This document shows, one piece after another, positions 1 through 7,446 of a stretch of 13,626 bases of DNA. Position numbers and translations under genes: made by a program. Source of the DNA: an uncultured Acidobacteriota bacterium (GTDB lineage: Bacteria > Acidobacteriota > UBA6911); NCBI GenBank assembly GCA_964534795.1, contig CAZHQK010000215.1, forward strand, positions 1 to 13,626. The letters run 5' to 3'. Positions within the stretch are counted from its first letter, which is position 1; each line of letters begins with the position of its first letter. Under the pieces are notes generated by a model. It saw only the letters and a list, made by a program, of their open reading frames with translations, had not been told where the DNA came from and searched no databases.

Positions 1-721
1 GGTTCCGGTGATCGGCGCGCCCGACGGTTTCATGCCCGCGGTGGTGACGCCCCCGCTTCCCGAAGGCCGAAACATCCTGGATGAGCTGACCGCCGCCGCC
101 GGCGAGCGGCTCGACCGGTTCGCCCGGGAGTGCGCGGCAGCGGGCCTGTCGTGTGCGACCGATGTCCGTACCGGAATCCCCTGGGAATCGGTGGCGCGGG
201 AAGCCGTGGCGCACGACCTGGTGGTCATGGGCCGGACCGGCTATACGGCTTCCGCAGCCGCGCGCCAGCAGGTGGATTCCCTCGTGCGCCAGGTGCTGCG
301 CGGCTGCGTCCGGCCGGTTCTGGTGGCCGGCAAGGAGTTTCCCGCCGCCGGGATCCGCAACTTGATGGTGGCCTACGACGGCAGCGCGCACGCGGCGCGC
401 GCGCTGCCGATCGCCGCCCTGATCGGAGCACGCCCCGGCATCCAGTGCGTTCTGGTGAACATCGCCGCATCACAGGAGGCGGGGACGGAGGTCTTGGAGC
501 CCGCCGAGGCTTATCTTTATCACCACGGCCTGTCCCCGAAAAGGCAGGTGATCGTCGCCGGCAGGCCCTCCGAGACGATCTGCGATCTGGCGGCTGCGCA
601 GAGCGTGGACATCCTCGTCATGGGCGCTTACGGACACAGCCCCATACGGGAGGTGCTGTTCGGCAGCACGACCGAGTACGTTCTCAGGCAATGCGGCTGC
701 ACGGTAATCCTCCAGGCCTGA
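1..721 (+). CDS. Universal stress protein (UspA family, tandem Usp domains), 5'-truncated by the window edge
   Basis: The frame is open from the window start (ORF track 8..721). The second domain carries typical Usp motifs (NLMVAYDGSAHAARAL ... VDILVMGAYGHSPIREVLFGSTTEYVLRQCGCTVIL). The first ~110 aa look like only the C-terminal half of an upstream Usp domain (DLVVMGRTGY...VLRGCVRPVLV), so the true start lies upstream of the window. Confidence 0.8.
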   Translation, partial: VPVIGAPDGFMPAVVTPPLPEGRNILDELTAAAGERLDRFARECAAAGLSCATDVRTGIPWESVAREAVAHDLVVMGRTGYTASAAARQQVDSLVRQVLRGCVRPVLVAGKEFPAAGIRNLMVAYDGSAHAARALPIAALIGARPGIQCVLVNIAASQEAGTEVLEPAEAYLYHHGLSPKRQVIVAGRPSETICDLAAAQSVDILVMGAYGHSPIREVLFGSTTEYVLRQCGCTVILQA

Positions 722-773
722 GCGCCCGGCTCGGCGCCGCTCAGGGAGCCGCGATGAAAGCTCGGTGAAGTTG

Positions 774-782
774 TGCTAAGCT
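774..782 (+). promoter_or_regulatory. Possible extended -10 element (TGcTAAGCT) for pgsA
   Basis: A TGnTAnnnT-like element lies about 19 nt upstream of the pgsA ATG, in the 79-bp Usp-pgsA spacer. No convincing -35. Confidence 0.2.
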
Positions 783-800
783 AAGGCGGCTGGAATCGCC

Positions 801-1496
801 ATGAACCTGCCGAATGCTCTGACGCTGGCGCGCATTTTTCTGGTACCGCTCGTCGTCGTGGTCCTGCTCACGACGCGCATGCACAACTGGGCCCTGTGGG
901 GCGTTTCGCTCTTTCTGGGCGCGGCGCTGACGGATTTGCTCGACGGGTACTTCGCGCGCCGCCGCAAGCAGGTCACCACGCTGGGCAGGCTTCTGGATCC
1001 GATCGCGGACAAGCTGCTGATCTCCGCGGCGCTGATTTCCCTGGTGCAGCTCGACCTGGCGCCGGCCTGGATGGTCGTCATCATCATCGGCCGGGAGTTC
1101 GCCGTGAGCGGCATGCGCAGCATCGCCGCTTCGGAGGGCTTTTCCATCGATGTTTCTCCGCTCGGCAAGGGGAAGATGGCCGCTCAGGTCGCCGCGGTCG
1201 TGGGCCTGATCGTGGGCCGGGAGCGGGGCGGATGGATACTGCAGGCCGCCGAGCTGTTGCTCTGGACGGTCATGGTTTTCGCGCTGCTTTCCCTGTACCA
1301 GTATTTCCGCAGCTTCTGGTCGGGCCTCGACAGCAGTATCAAGAACCGCGAGCACCGCCGGCTGCGGCTGCTGGCGCGCCGGCGGCAGCTGCTCGCCGAA
1401 CGGCGGGAGCTCAGGCGCCTGCGCAAGCTGGCGCGCCTCGCGGGCAAGGAACTGAAACCCGAGGCTCCGCTCGGGAGCGTTCAGGATCCCGGATGA
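801..1496 (+). CDS. pgsA: CDP-diacylglycerol--glycerol-3-phosphate 3-phosphatidyltransferase
   Basis: 231 aa. Canonical PgsA N-terminus (MNLPNALTLARIFLVPL). CDP-alcohol phosphatidyltransferase motif DLLDGYFARRRKQVTTLGRLLDPIADK. Multiple transmembrane segments. High-GC third codon positions. Confidence 0.85.
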   Translation: MNLPNALTLARIFLVPLVVVVLLTTRMHNWALWGVSLFLGAALTDLLDGYFARRRKQVTTLGRLLDPIADKLLISAALISLVQLDLAPAWMVVIIIGREFAVSGMRSIAASEGFSIDVSPLGKGKMAAQVAAVVGLIVGRERGGWILQAAELLLWTVMVFALLSLYQYFRSFWSGLDSSIKNREHRRLRLLARRRQLLAERRELRRLRKLARLAGKELKPEAPLGSVQDPG

Positions 1497-2101
1497 CCGG
1501 GGCCGGGCAGACCATCGGCGGCCCCATTTCGCGGAGGGATGCCGTGAACGATGCCACTCCACAGCTCGATCCGGATGCGCGTCGGGAACTCCTCGCGCTC
1601 GCCCGCAAGACACTCGAAGCCTGCGTCGCCTCCCGGAAAATACCCGAATATCGTACCGAGAAGCCGGCGCTGCTGGCGCGTTGCGGCGCCTTCGTCTCCC
1701 TGCATGCCGGCCCGCGCCTGCGGGGCTGTATCGGCCAGATCATCTCCGATGAGGCGCTCTACCGCACCGTGCAGCGCTGCACGTACTCCGCCGCGCTCGA
1801 GGACTACCGTTTCACTCCGGTGACGCCGGAAGAGGTCGGCGATCTCACCATCGAGATTTCCGTGCTCACGCCCATGCGGCGCGTTGCGGACGTCGGGGAG
1901 ATCACCGTCGGCCGACACGGTCTGTACATCGTGCGCGGCATGAATCGCGGACTTCTGCTGCCGCAGGTGGCCACGCAGTACGGTTGGGATCGCGATACCT
2001 TCCTGATCCAGACATGCCGCAAGGCGGGACTCGAGGACGATGCCTGGCGCCGGCCGGGCACCGCCATCCATGTCTTCGAGGCCCAGGTGTTCGGGGAGTG
2101 A
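1493..2101 (+). CDS. AMMECR1-domain protein
   Basis: The start ATG at 1493 overlaps the pgsA TGA (ATGA). The AMMECR1 core is conserved (GAFVSLH...LRGCIGQI ... LTIEISVLTP ... GLYIVRGMNRGLLLPQV), about 202 aa. The longer ORF 896..2101 in the track is an upstream out-of-context extension in the same frame and runs through pgsA. Confidence 0.8.
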   Translation: MTGAGQTIGGPISRRDAVNDATPQLDPDARRELLALARKTLEACVASRKIPEYRTEKPALLARCGAFVSLHAGPRLRGCIGQIISDEALYRTVQRCTYSAALEDYRFTPVTPEEVGDLTIEISVLTPMRRVADVGEITVGRHGLYIVRGMNRGLLLPQVATQYGWDRDTFLIQTCRKAGLEDDAWRRPGTAIHVFEAQVFGE

Positions 2102-2117
2102 ACGCCCGTCTCCGGCT

Positions 2118-2939
2118 TCAGCGCCGGACGACGATGTCGCCGACGTGGATCTCTGAACGGCTCTGGATTATCTTGGCCGCCGACGTGGTTTCCTGCACGT
2201 CGAGCACCACGAGATCGCCCATCACCCTGGGGGGAATGCGCCGCCTCTTCAAGGATGACGTCAGCAGCGCGCGGTACTCGCCGGTCGCGTACCTCTTGTA
2301 GCTGTAACCCGCCAGGGATCCTTCCGATCCCAGCCGCCGGGCGTCGAAGGCGGGCTGGCGCCGATAGATTGTGAACCTGTCGCCGGGCTTGACGCCGTCG
2401 CGGCTGCCCAGCTCCAGGAAACAGATGTCCCCGGCGCCCATTTCCTTGATGCCGTCCTTTCCCAGGACAATCTCGCCGATCAGCCCCTGGGAGGGATACG
2501 GCGTAAGCGCGTCGGACGGCTTCCCGCTGAACTCGACCGCAGGCCTGACGGCCGGGGTCACGAGCAGATCCCCCTTGAGAATGGCATTGCAGGCGGAAAC
2601 TACGGTTGCCGTCGCGCCGTCGGGCCTGACGGCCTCGATGCGCACCGATCCCAACTCCTTGTGATATATGCCGACCCTGTCGCCGGTGGCCGGGTGCCTG
2701 ATCTTTCCCTCCGGCCTGACCACGGAGTACAACTCGCCGACCTTCACCGAGGCGATCCCCGGCCCGCTGACATAAAGCAGCTTTCCCGGGCTGGAATAAT
2801 TGACCAATTCATCTTCCTCGGTCCCGGAAACATAGAGGTTCAGGGGAACGGCCGTCGGCCTGATGAATCCGAGGCACGCGCTTTCCCCCGGTGTGGCTAC
2901 CTGCAAAGCCAGTGCTGTGAATAGGATCCAGATGCCCAT
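2118..2939 (-). CDS. Exported hypothetical protein (N-terminal signal peptide; two similar beta-rich modules)
   Basis: 273 aa. GGAG Shine-Dalgarno sequence about 9 nt upstream of the ATG at 2939. Hydrophobic signal sequence MGIWILFTALALQVATPGESAC. Internal repeat-like modules (TGDRVGIYHKELGSV / PGDRFTIYRRQPAFD). No family confidently recognised. Confidence 0.6.
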   Translation of the reverse strand: MGIWILFTALALQVATPGESACLGFIRPTAVPLNLYVSGTEEDELVNYSSPGKLLYVSGPGIASVKVGELYSVVRPEGKIRHPATGDRVGIYHKELGSVRIEAVRPDGATATVVSACNAILKGDLLVTPAVRPAVEFSGKPSDALTPYPSQGLIGEIVLGKDGIKEMGAGDICFLELGSRDGVKPGDRFTIYRRQPAFDARRLGSEGSLAGYSYKRYATGEYRALLTSSLKRRRIPPRVMGDLVVLDVQETTSAAKIIQSRSEIHVGDIVVRR

Positions 2940-3070
2940 AAGAACTCCGTGGTTATGTCTGCGATTCCTGTGGGTCCGCTTCCCGCAGCCGCAAACTACT
3001 TATCGGCCAGAGATTTGGGGATCTTTATTCCCGAGTGGGAGCCGCTTGTCGGCGGGAGCGCAGGGAACCG

Positions 3071-3649
3071 TCACCTGGCGAAGCGAAAGCGCTGCGAGAG
3101 CGGGTTTTTCACCCAGGTATCCAAATCGGGCAGGCGGCGATCCTTGGCCGAGACGATCGGGGGAATCGACGGCCAGCGGATGCCCAGGCGGGGATCGTTC
3201 CACAGTATCCCGCCTTCGCCCGACGCATTGTATTCCGCCGTGCATTCGTAAAGGACGACGGAGTTCTCTTGCAGGGCCATGAATCCGTGGGCGAAACCCT
3301 CCGGTGCCCATAGAACCTTGCGGTTCTCCCCCGTGAGTTCGACGACGAGGTGGTCGCCGAACGTGGGAGACCCGAGGCGGACGTCGACGAGCACGTCGAA
3401 AACGCTCCCCGAGACGCAGCGTATGAGCTTGGCCTGCGCCGGATCCCATTGGAAATGCAGGCCGCGGACGACGCCGCGCTTCGAGCTGCTCTGTATGGCC
3501 TGGCGGAAGCGGGCTTCTATTCCCATCGAAGCCAGGGTCGATGCGACGTACGACTGCAACAAGAAGCCGCGCTCGTCGTGAAAGCACGGCGCCGCAAACA
3601 CCCGGACATCCCGGAATTCCTCCGGCGGCCGCAACATGGCGCCAATCAT
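3071..3649 (-). CDS. rmlC: dTDP-4-dehydrorhamnose 3,5-epimerase
   Basis: RmlC cupin motifs (RGLHFQ ... VFDVLVDVR ... LWAPEGFAHGF ... VVLYECTAEYNASGEGGILWNDPRLGIRWP). About 192 aa. The start could alternatively be the ATG at 3637. The 530-aa track ORF is an upstream extension that runs antisense through the response-regulator gene. Confidence 0.85.
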   Translation of the reverse strand: MIGAMLRPPEEFRDVRVFAAPCFHDERGFLLQSYVASTLASMGIEARFRQAIQSSSKRGVVRGLHFQWDPAQAKLIRCVSGSVFDVLVDVRLGSPTFGDHLVVELTGENRKVLWAPEGFAHGFMALQENSVVLYECTAEYNASGEGGILWNDPRLGIRWPSIPPIVSAKDRRLPDLDTWVKNPLSQRFRFAR

Positions 3650-3730
3650 ACCAGCCTGCCGAGCATCATGGTACGCGAAAATATCGCGCTGCGGCGCGGC
3701 GTACCCGGGAGGGGAAGCGGTTGTTCCGAT

Positions 3731-3747
3731 CCGGCCGACTCGGCCGG
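3731..3747. promoter_or_regulatory. Perfect inverted repeat CCGGCCGA-C-TCGGCCGG in the rmlC/response-regulator divergent intergenic region
   Basis: 8-bp arms and a 1-nt spacer, seen directly. A second inverted repeat, CGCGA-N5-TCGCG, lies at about 3673..3687. Candidate operator. Confidence 0.3.
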
Positions 3748-3799
3748 AACGTTGCAAAACGGGTATGGCTTTGGTTCTACCGGCCGATAAGGAAAGGTG

Positions 3800-4525
3800 A
3801 TGCAAGCCAAGGTCACACAGGAAATTCATAGCAGGAACGAAGCGGGCCTGCCTGCGGCCCAAGAGACGATCCGCGTCGTTATCGTCGGCGGCCACGCCCT
3901 TGCCCGTGCGGGCCTGAAATCCATCGTCGCCTCCCGCGATGGGATCGGCGTTGTCGGCGAGGCGGGCAGCAAGTCCGACGCCTTGGGTCTCGTGGAGCGG
4001 GAGCAGCCCGATATCATTCTGCTGGATCTCGATATGGGCGAAGGCGGGGGTCTGGAGCTGATACCCAATCTGCTGGAGATGTGCCCGAATGCCAAGCTCA
4101 TCGCTCTGACGGGCGTTCAGGACAAGCAGATGTACCGCAAGGCGGTGCGCCTCGGCGCCGTGGGTCTGATGCACAAGGACCAGACGCCGGCCATGCTGAT
4201 CAAGGCCGTCGAGCGGGTTCATGCGGGCGAGGCCTGGCTGGATCGCTGCCTGACGGCCACCGTGCTCGGCGAGATATCGAGGGGCGGCCCGAGGGAAAGC
4301 AATCCGGAAGCGGCCCGGATAGCTTCGCTGACCGATCGGGAGCGCGAGGTGGTTTCGGCGGTGGGGGCCGGCCTGAAGAACAAGCAGATCGCCGAGATGC
4401 TCTTCATCAGCGAGGTGACGGTGCGCCATCACCTGACGTCGATCTATTCCAAGCTGGATGTTTCCAACCGGCTGGAGCTGATGATCTACGCCTACCGGCA
4501 CGGCCTGGCCCAGCTGCCGCGCTAG
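3800..4525 (+). CDS. NarL/FixJ(LuxR)-family response regulator with atypical receiver (acidic pair replaced by Gly-Gly)
   Basis: The AAGGA Shine-Dalgarno sequence lies 6 nt before the ATG at 3800; the track begins at the in-frame GTG at 3797. The receiver fold is present (IILLDLDMGE phospho-Asp position, ...LIALTG..., ...K...). The C-terminal LuxR HTH is canonical (LTDREREVVSAVGAGLKNKQIAEMLFISEVTVRHHLTSIYSKL). The N-terminal DD(H) motif reads VVIVGGHALARAGL. Confidence 0.85.
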   Translation: MQAKVTQEIHSRNEAGLPAAQETIRVVIVGGHALARAGLKSIVASRDGIGVVGEAGSKSDALGLVEREQPDIILLDLDMGEGGGLELIPNLLEMCPNAKLIALTGVQDKQMYRKAVRLGAVGLMHKDQTPAMLIKAVERVHAGEAWLDRCLTATVLGEISRGGPRESNPEAARIASLTDREREVVSAVGAGLKNKQIAEMLFISEVTVRHHLTSIYSKLDVSNRLELMIYAYRHGLAQLPR

Positions 4526-4533
4526 TTTCTTCC

Positions 4534-4962
4534 TCAGAGAAAACGGTGACTCAGAAACTCCACGGCCAGCCCGTACTCGCCGTCCGCCCGGGCTTCGGTG
4601 CGCAGGACCCGGCTGTGCGCCAGGATCAGCGGCGCCCGTGCTCCCGTGCGCCCGGCGCGGCACAGCCGGATGACGATGTCCATGCAGTCGCCGGGGGAGA
4701 GGCGCCGTGGGATGGAGAGGTAGAGCCCTCCGGCGCCCAGGTTGCGCAGTATGGTCTTGAGTTCGAACGGGCTTCCTTCGGCATCCTCGCCCTTGACGAC
4801 GGCCTCGATCGGCTCGCTGATGCGGACGAAGCGCCGGCGCTCGGATTCGGGCGCTATCCGCGGCCGGAACTGGATGATCCTGCAGTTGCCCGTCACCGGT
4901 TTCTCCGTGCCACCGTGCTCCTCAGCTTCCAGAGGATACTTCGGGGAATCCCGCTTCCGCAT
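4534..4962 (-). CDS. PilZ-domain protein (putative c-di-GMP binding)
   Basis: RxxxR motif (ERRRFVRISE) and a degenerate D/NxSxGG motif (NLGAGGLYL). C-terminal beta-barrel-like segment. About 142 aa from the ATG at 4962. The alternative upstream start at 5133 (199 aa) is not excluded. Confidence 0.55.
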   Translation of the reverse strand: MRKRDSPKYPLEAEEHGGTEKPVTGNCRIIQFRPRIAPESERRRFVRISEPIEAVVKGEDAEGSPFELKTILRNLGAGGLYLSIPRRLSPGDCMDIVIRLCRAGRTGARAPLILAHSRVLRTEARADGEYGLAVEFLSHRFL

Positions 4963-5182
4963 CGGCCGGGCGTGCCGTTCCCGATGGCCCGGGGCGCCCC
5001 CCGGGGCGGCACAAACGTGCCGGCGGCGCCGGCCCGCGCTTGCCGGCACGGGCGGCGCGCCGCAGCGTGTGCGGCCGTCCCCGGCGGTGGTTGTCGAGTC
5101 TGATGTGGAAGGTGGCTTGCAGGCTTGGTGCACCGCCGGGGTTTGGCGTCATCCTTATCGTTTCGCGAGGCGCACTCTTATT

Positions 5183-5839
5183 TCACGCGATGCCGTGATA
5201 CCCGTACTTGGCCAGTTCCCTGGCCACCTTCCTGCGGCCGCGATGGATCCAGTTGACGATGTTCTGGTAGCGCTCCGGGTAGAGCAGGTCGACGATCTCG
5301 CGCGTGGGCGAGCCCGCGAGGAAAAGTTCGACCGCCAGCCGCTCGCGCGGCGCGAGCGACGCGAGCGCCTTGTCGACGAGCGCGCGCAGCTCGGCGTAGT
5401 GCAGGGTGGGTTCCTGGGCGGGCTCGACCACGAAGCGCTGGTCGTTGTCGCCGGCGCTGCCGCAGATCTCGTCGAGGGAGACGAAGCGCCGCCCGCGGCG
5501 GTAGTAGTTGCCGATCTTGCGGCGCAGGATGCCCATGCCCCAGACGAGCAGGCCCTTTTCCAGCCGGGTGCGGCTGCATTTTTCCGCCATGGTGAGCAGG
5601 GTCTCCTGAACCAGATCCTCGGCGTCGTCCCGATTGTCCACCCGGAGGCAGGTCAGTTTCTTGAGCACGGAGCGGATTTTGTTGAGATCCTCGTCGCTCC
5701 ATGCGGAAAGCCGCGGGCCTGTTTCGACCCGGTACCGGGGCACGGGGACGCGTTCTCGGATCCACGACGTCCCGCAGGGGATTCTCCAGTGAAATGCATA
5801 GCCAGACACGCCGGACCTCCGCGACACGTTGGGTTGCAC
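5183..5839 (-). CDS. ECF (sigma-70 group IV) RNA polymerase sigma factor
   Basis: Region 2 (DDAEDLVQETLLTMAEK...YRRGRRFV) and region 4 (LAPRERLAVELFLAGSPTREIVDLL...WIHRGRRKVAREL). About 45 aa precede region 2, so the true start may be internal. No cognate anti-sigma gene is evident downstream. Confidence 0.75.
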   Translation of the reverse strand: MQPNVSRRSGVSGYAFHWRIPCGTSWIRERVPVPRYRVETGPRLSAWSDEDLNKIRSVLKKLTCLRVDNRDDAEDLVQETLLTMAEKCSRTRLEKGLLVWGMGILRRKIGNYYRRGRRFVSLDEICGSAGDNDQRFVVEPAQEPTLHYAELRALVDKALASLAPRERLAVELFLAGSPTREIVDLLYPERYQNIVNWIHRGRRKVARELAKYGYHGIA

Positions 5840-5978
5840 GGGGCATGGAAATGCGGCTCGCGCGCCGCTTCCCGAAACACCTGGTATCTATCCGGCAAGC
5901 TGAGAGAGGATACTGAAGGCGAGCGCCAGATTAAGCCAGCTTCCGGGCGCTGTCAACCTTTTTCTGGGGCGGCGCCGA

Positions 5979-6007
5979 TTGACACCTGCGGGGATGTGCT
6001 GTATAGG
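5979..6007 (+). promoter_or_regulatory. Sigma70-type promoter for ugd: TTGACA (5979-5984), 17-nt spacer, TATAGG (6002-6007)
   Basis: Consensus -35 hexamer with optimal 17-nt spacing to a 4/6 -10. A GGAGGG Shine-Dalgarno sequence lies 5 nt before the ATG at 6043. Confidence 0.4.
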
Positions 6008-6042
6008 TTTGCCGTTCCCGGCTCGGAAGTGAAGGAGGGTGC

Positions 6043-7446
6043 ATGAACATTACCGTCATCGGCACGGGATACGTGGGCCTGGTCACCGGAGCCTGCTTCG
6101 CGGAATTCGGGCTCAAGGTCGCCTGCGTGGACAAGGACAAGAAGAAGATCGCCCAGCTGGCGCAGGGCAAGATACCGATCTACGAGCCCGGCCTCGAGGA
6201 GATCGTGCGCCGCAACATGAAGACAGGATTCCTGCGCTTCAGCACGAACATCGACGAGGCGATCCAGAACTCGCTCGCGATCTTTATCGCCGTGGGCACG
6301 CCTGCGCGCGCCGACGGCTCGGCCGATCTCTCCTACGTCGACGAGGTTGCGCTCGCCATTGCGCGCAACCTCACCGGATACAAGGTCATCGTCACCAAGA
6401 GCACCGTACCCGTGGGCACGGGCGACCGCATCCGCTCCAAGATCGAAGCGGAGCTGAGCCGCCTCGAGCGCGGCACCCACGCGCAGGGCGGCATCGCGGC
6501 CGGCGACAGGGCGCGCCGCCGCGAAAAGCACTTCGACATCGTTTCCAATCCCGAGTTCCTGCGCGAGGGAAGCGCCGTCGAGGACTTCCTCCACCCCGAC
6601 CGGATCATCATCGGCGCCGACAGCGAGCAGGCGATCGCGATCATGAAGGACCTGTACAGCCCGCTTTATCTGGGCGGCAAGACGCGCTTCGTGATCACCG
6701 ACGTGCGCACATCCGAGCTGATCAAGTACGCCACCAACGCCTTCCTCGCCACCAAGATCACCTTCATCAACGAAATCGCCAACCTGTGCGACCGCGTCGG
6801 CTCCGATGTTCTCACCATTGCCCAGGCCCTGGGGATGGACGGGCGCATCAGCCCGAAATTCCTCAATCCGGGGCCGGGATACGGCGGGTCCTGCTTTCCC
6901 AAGGATACCCGGGCCTTGTGCAAGATCGCGGAAGAAGCGGGCTATCGCTTTGCCGTCCTCGAGGCGGTCGTCCAGGCCAACGAGCGCCAGCGCGCCCTGA
7001 TGGTGGAAAAGATCCGCCAGGCCATGGGCGGCGTGCGCGGCAAGGTCATCGGGATGCTCGGGTTGTCCTTCAAGCCGAACACCGACGACATCCGCGACTC
7101 CCCGGCGATCGCGATCGCCAGGGAGCTGAAGCGGGCCGGTGCCAGGATCCGGGCCTGCGATCCGGCGGCGGGCGCGGCCGCCCGGCAGGCGCTGCCCGGA
7201 GTGACGATCTGCAGCGACGTCGAATCGACGGCGCGCGGCGCCGACGCCCTGGTGATCGCCACGGAGTGGAATCAGTTCCGCAACCTCGATCTGGTCAAGA
7301 TGCGCAAGCTGCTGCGCACCCCCCTGCTCATCGACCTGCGCAACATCTACCAGCCCGACAGGGTGCGCGAGGCGGGATTACGGTACGTGGGGGTCGGGCA
7401 GCGCGGTGGCGACCTCGCGGGGCGCGTAGTACCCGGGACGCGCTGA
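6043..7446 (+). CDS. ugd: UDP-glucose 6-dehydrogenase
   Basis: N-terminal Rossmann motif (MNITVIGTGYVGLVTGACFAE). Catalytic motifs (SNPEFLREGSA and GGSCFPKD). C-terminal UDP-binding domain. 467 aa, with an insertion of about 16 aa (ERGTHAQGGIAAGDRA) relative to canonical enzymes. Confidence 0.9.
   Translation: MNITVIGTGYVGLVTGACFAEFGLKVACVDKDKKKIAQLAQGKIPIYEPGLEEIVRRNMKTGFLRFSTNIDEAIQNSLAIFIAVGTPARADGSADLSYVDEVALAIARNLTGYKVIVTKSTVPVGTGDRIRSKIEAELSRLERGTHAQGGIAAGDRARRREKHFDIVSNPEFLREGSAVEDFLHPDRIIIGADSEQAIAIMKDLYSPLYLGGKTRFVITDVRTSELIKYATNAFLATKITFINEIANLCDRVGSDVLTIAQALGMDGRISPKFLNPGPGYGGSCFPKDTRALCKIAEEAGYRFAVLEAVVQANERQRALMVEKIRQAMGGVRGKVIGMLGLSFKPNTDDIRDSPAIAIARELKRAGARIRACDPAAGAAARQALPGVTICSDVESTARGADALVIATEWNQFRNLDLVKMRKLLRTPLLIDLRNIYQPDRVREAGLRYVGVGQRGGDLAGRVVPGTR

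Noticed and set aside
896-2101. 401-aa ORF spanning pgsA and AMMECR1
   Set aside because: Only the last ~202 codons (from the ATG at 1493) match AMMECR1. The upstream part overlaps pgsA in another frame with a Gly/Arg-rich junk translation typical of high-GC off-frames.
3071-4663. 530-aa minus-strand ORF
   Set aside because: Only the C-terminal ~192 aa is RmlC. The remainder is antisense to the response-regulator gene and is Arg/Gly/Pro-rich.
4081-6046. Long plus-strand ORFs 4081..5103 and 4742..6046
   Set aside because: They are antisense or overlapping with PilZ and the ECF sigma, have Arg/Gly/Ala/Pro-rich low-complexity translations and no domain signal. They are high-GC frame artefacts.
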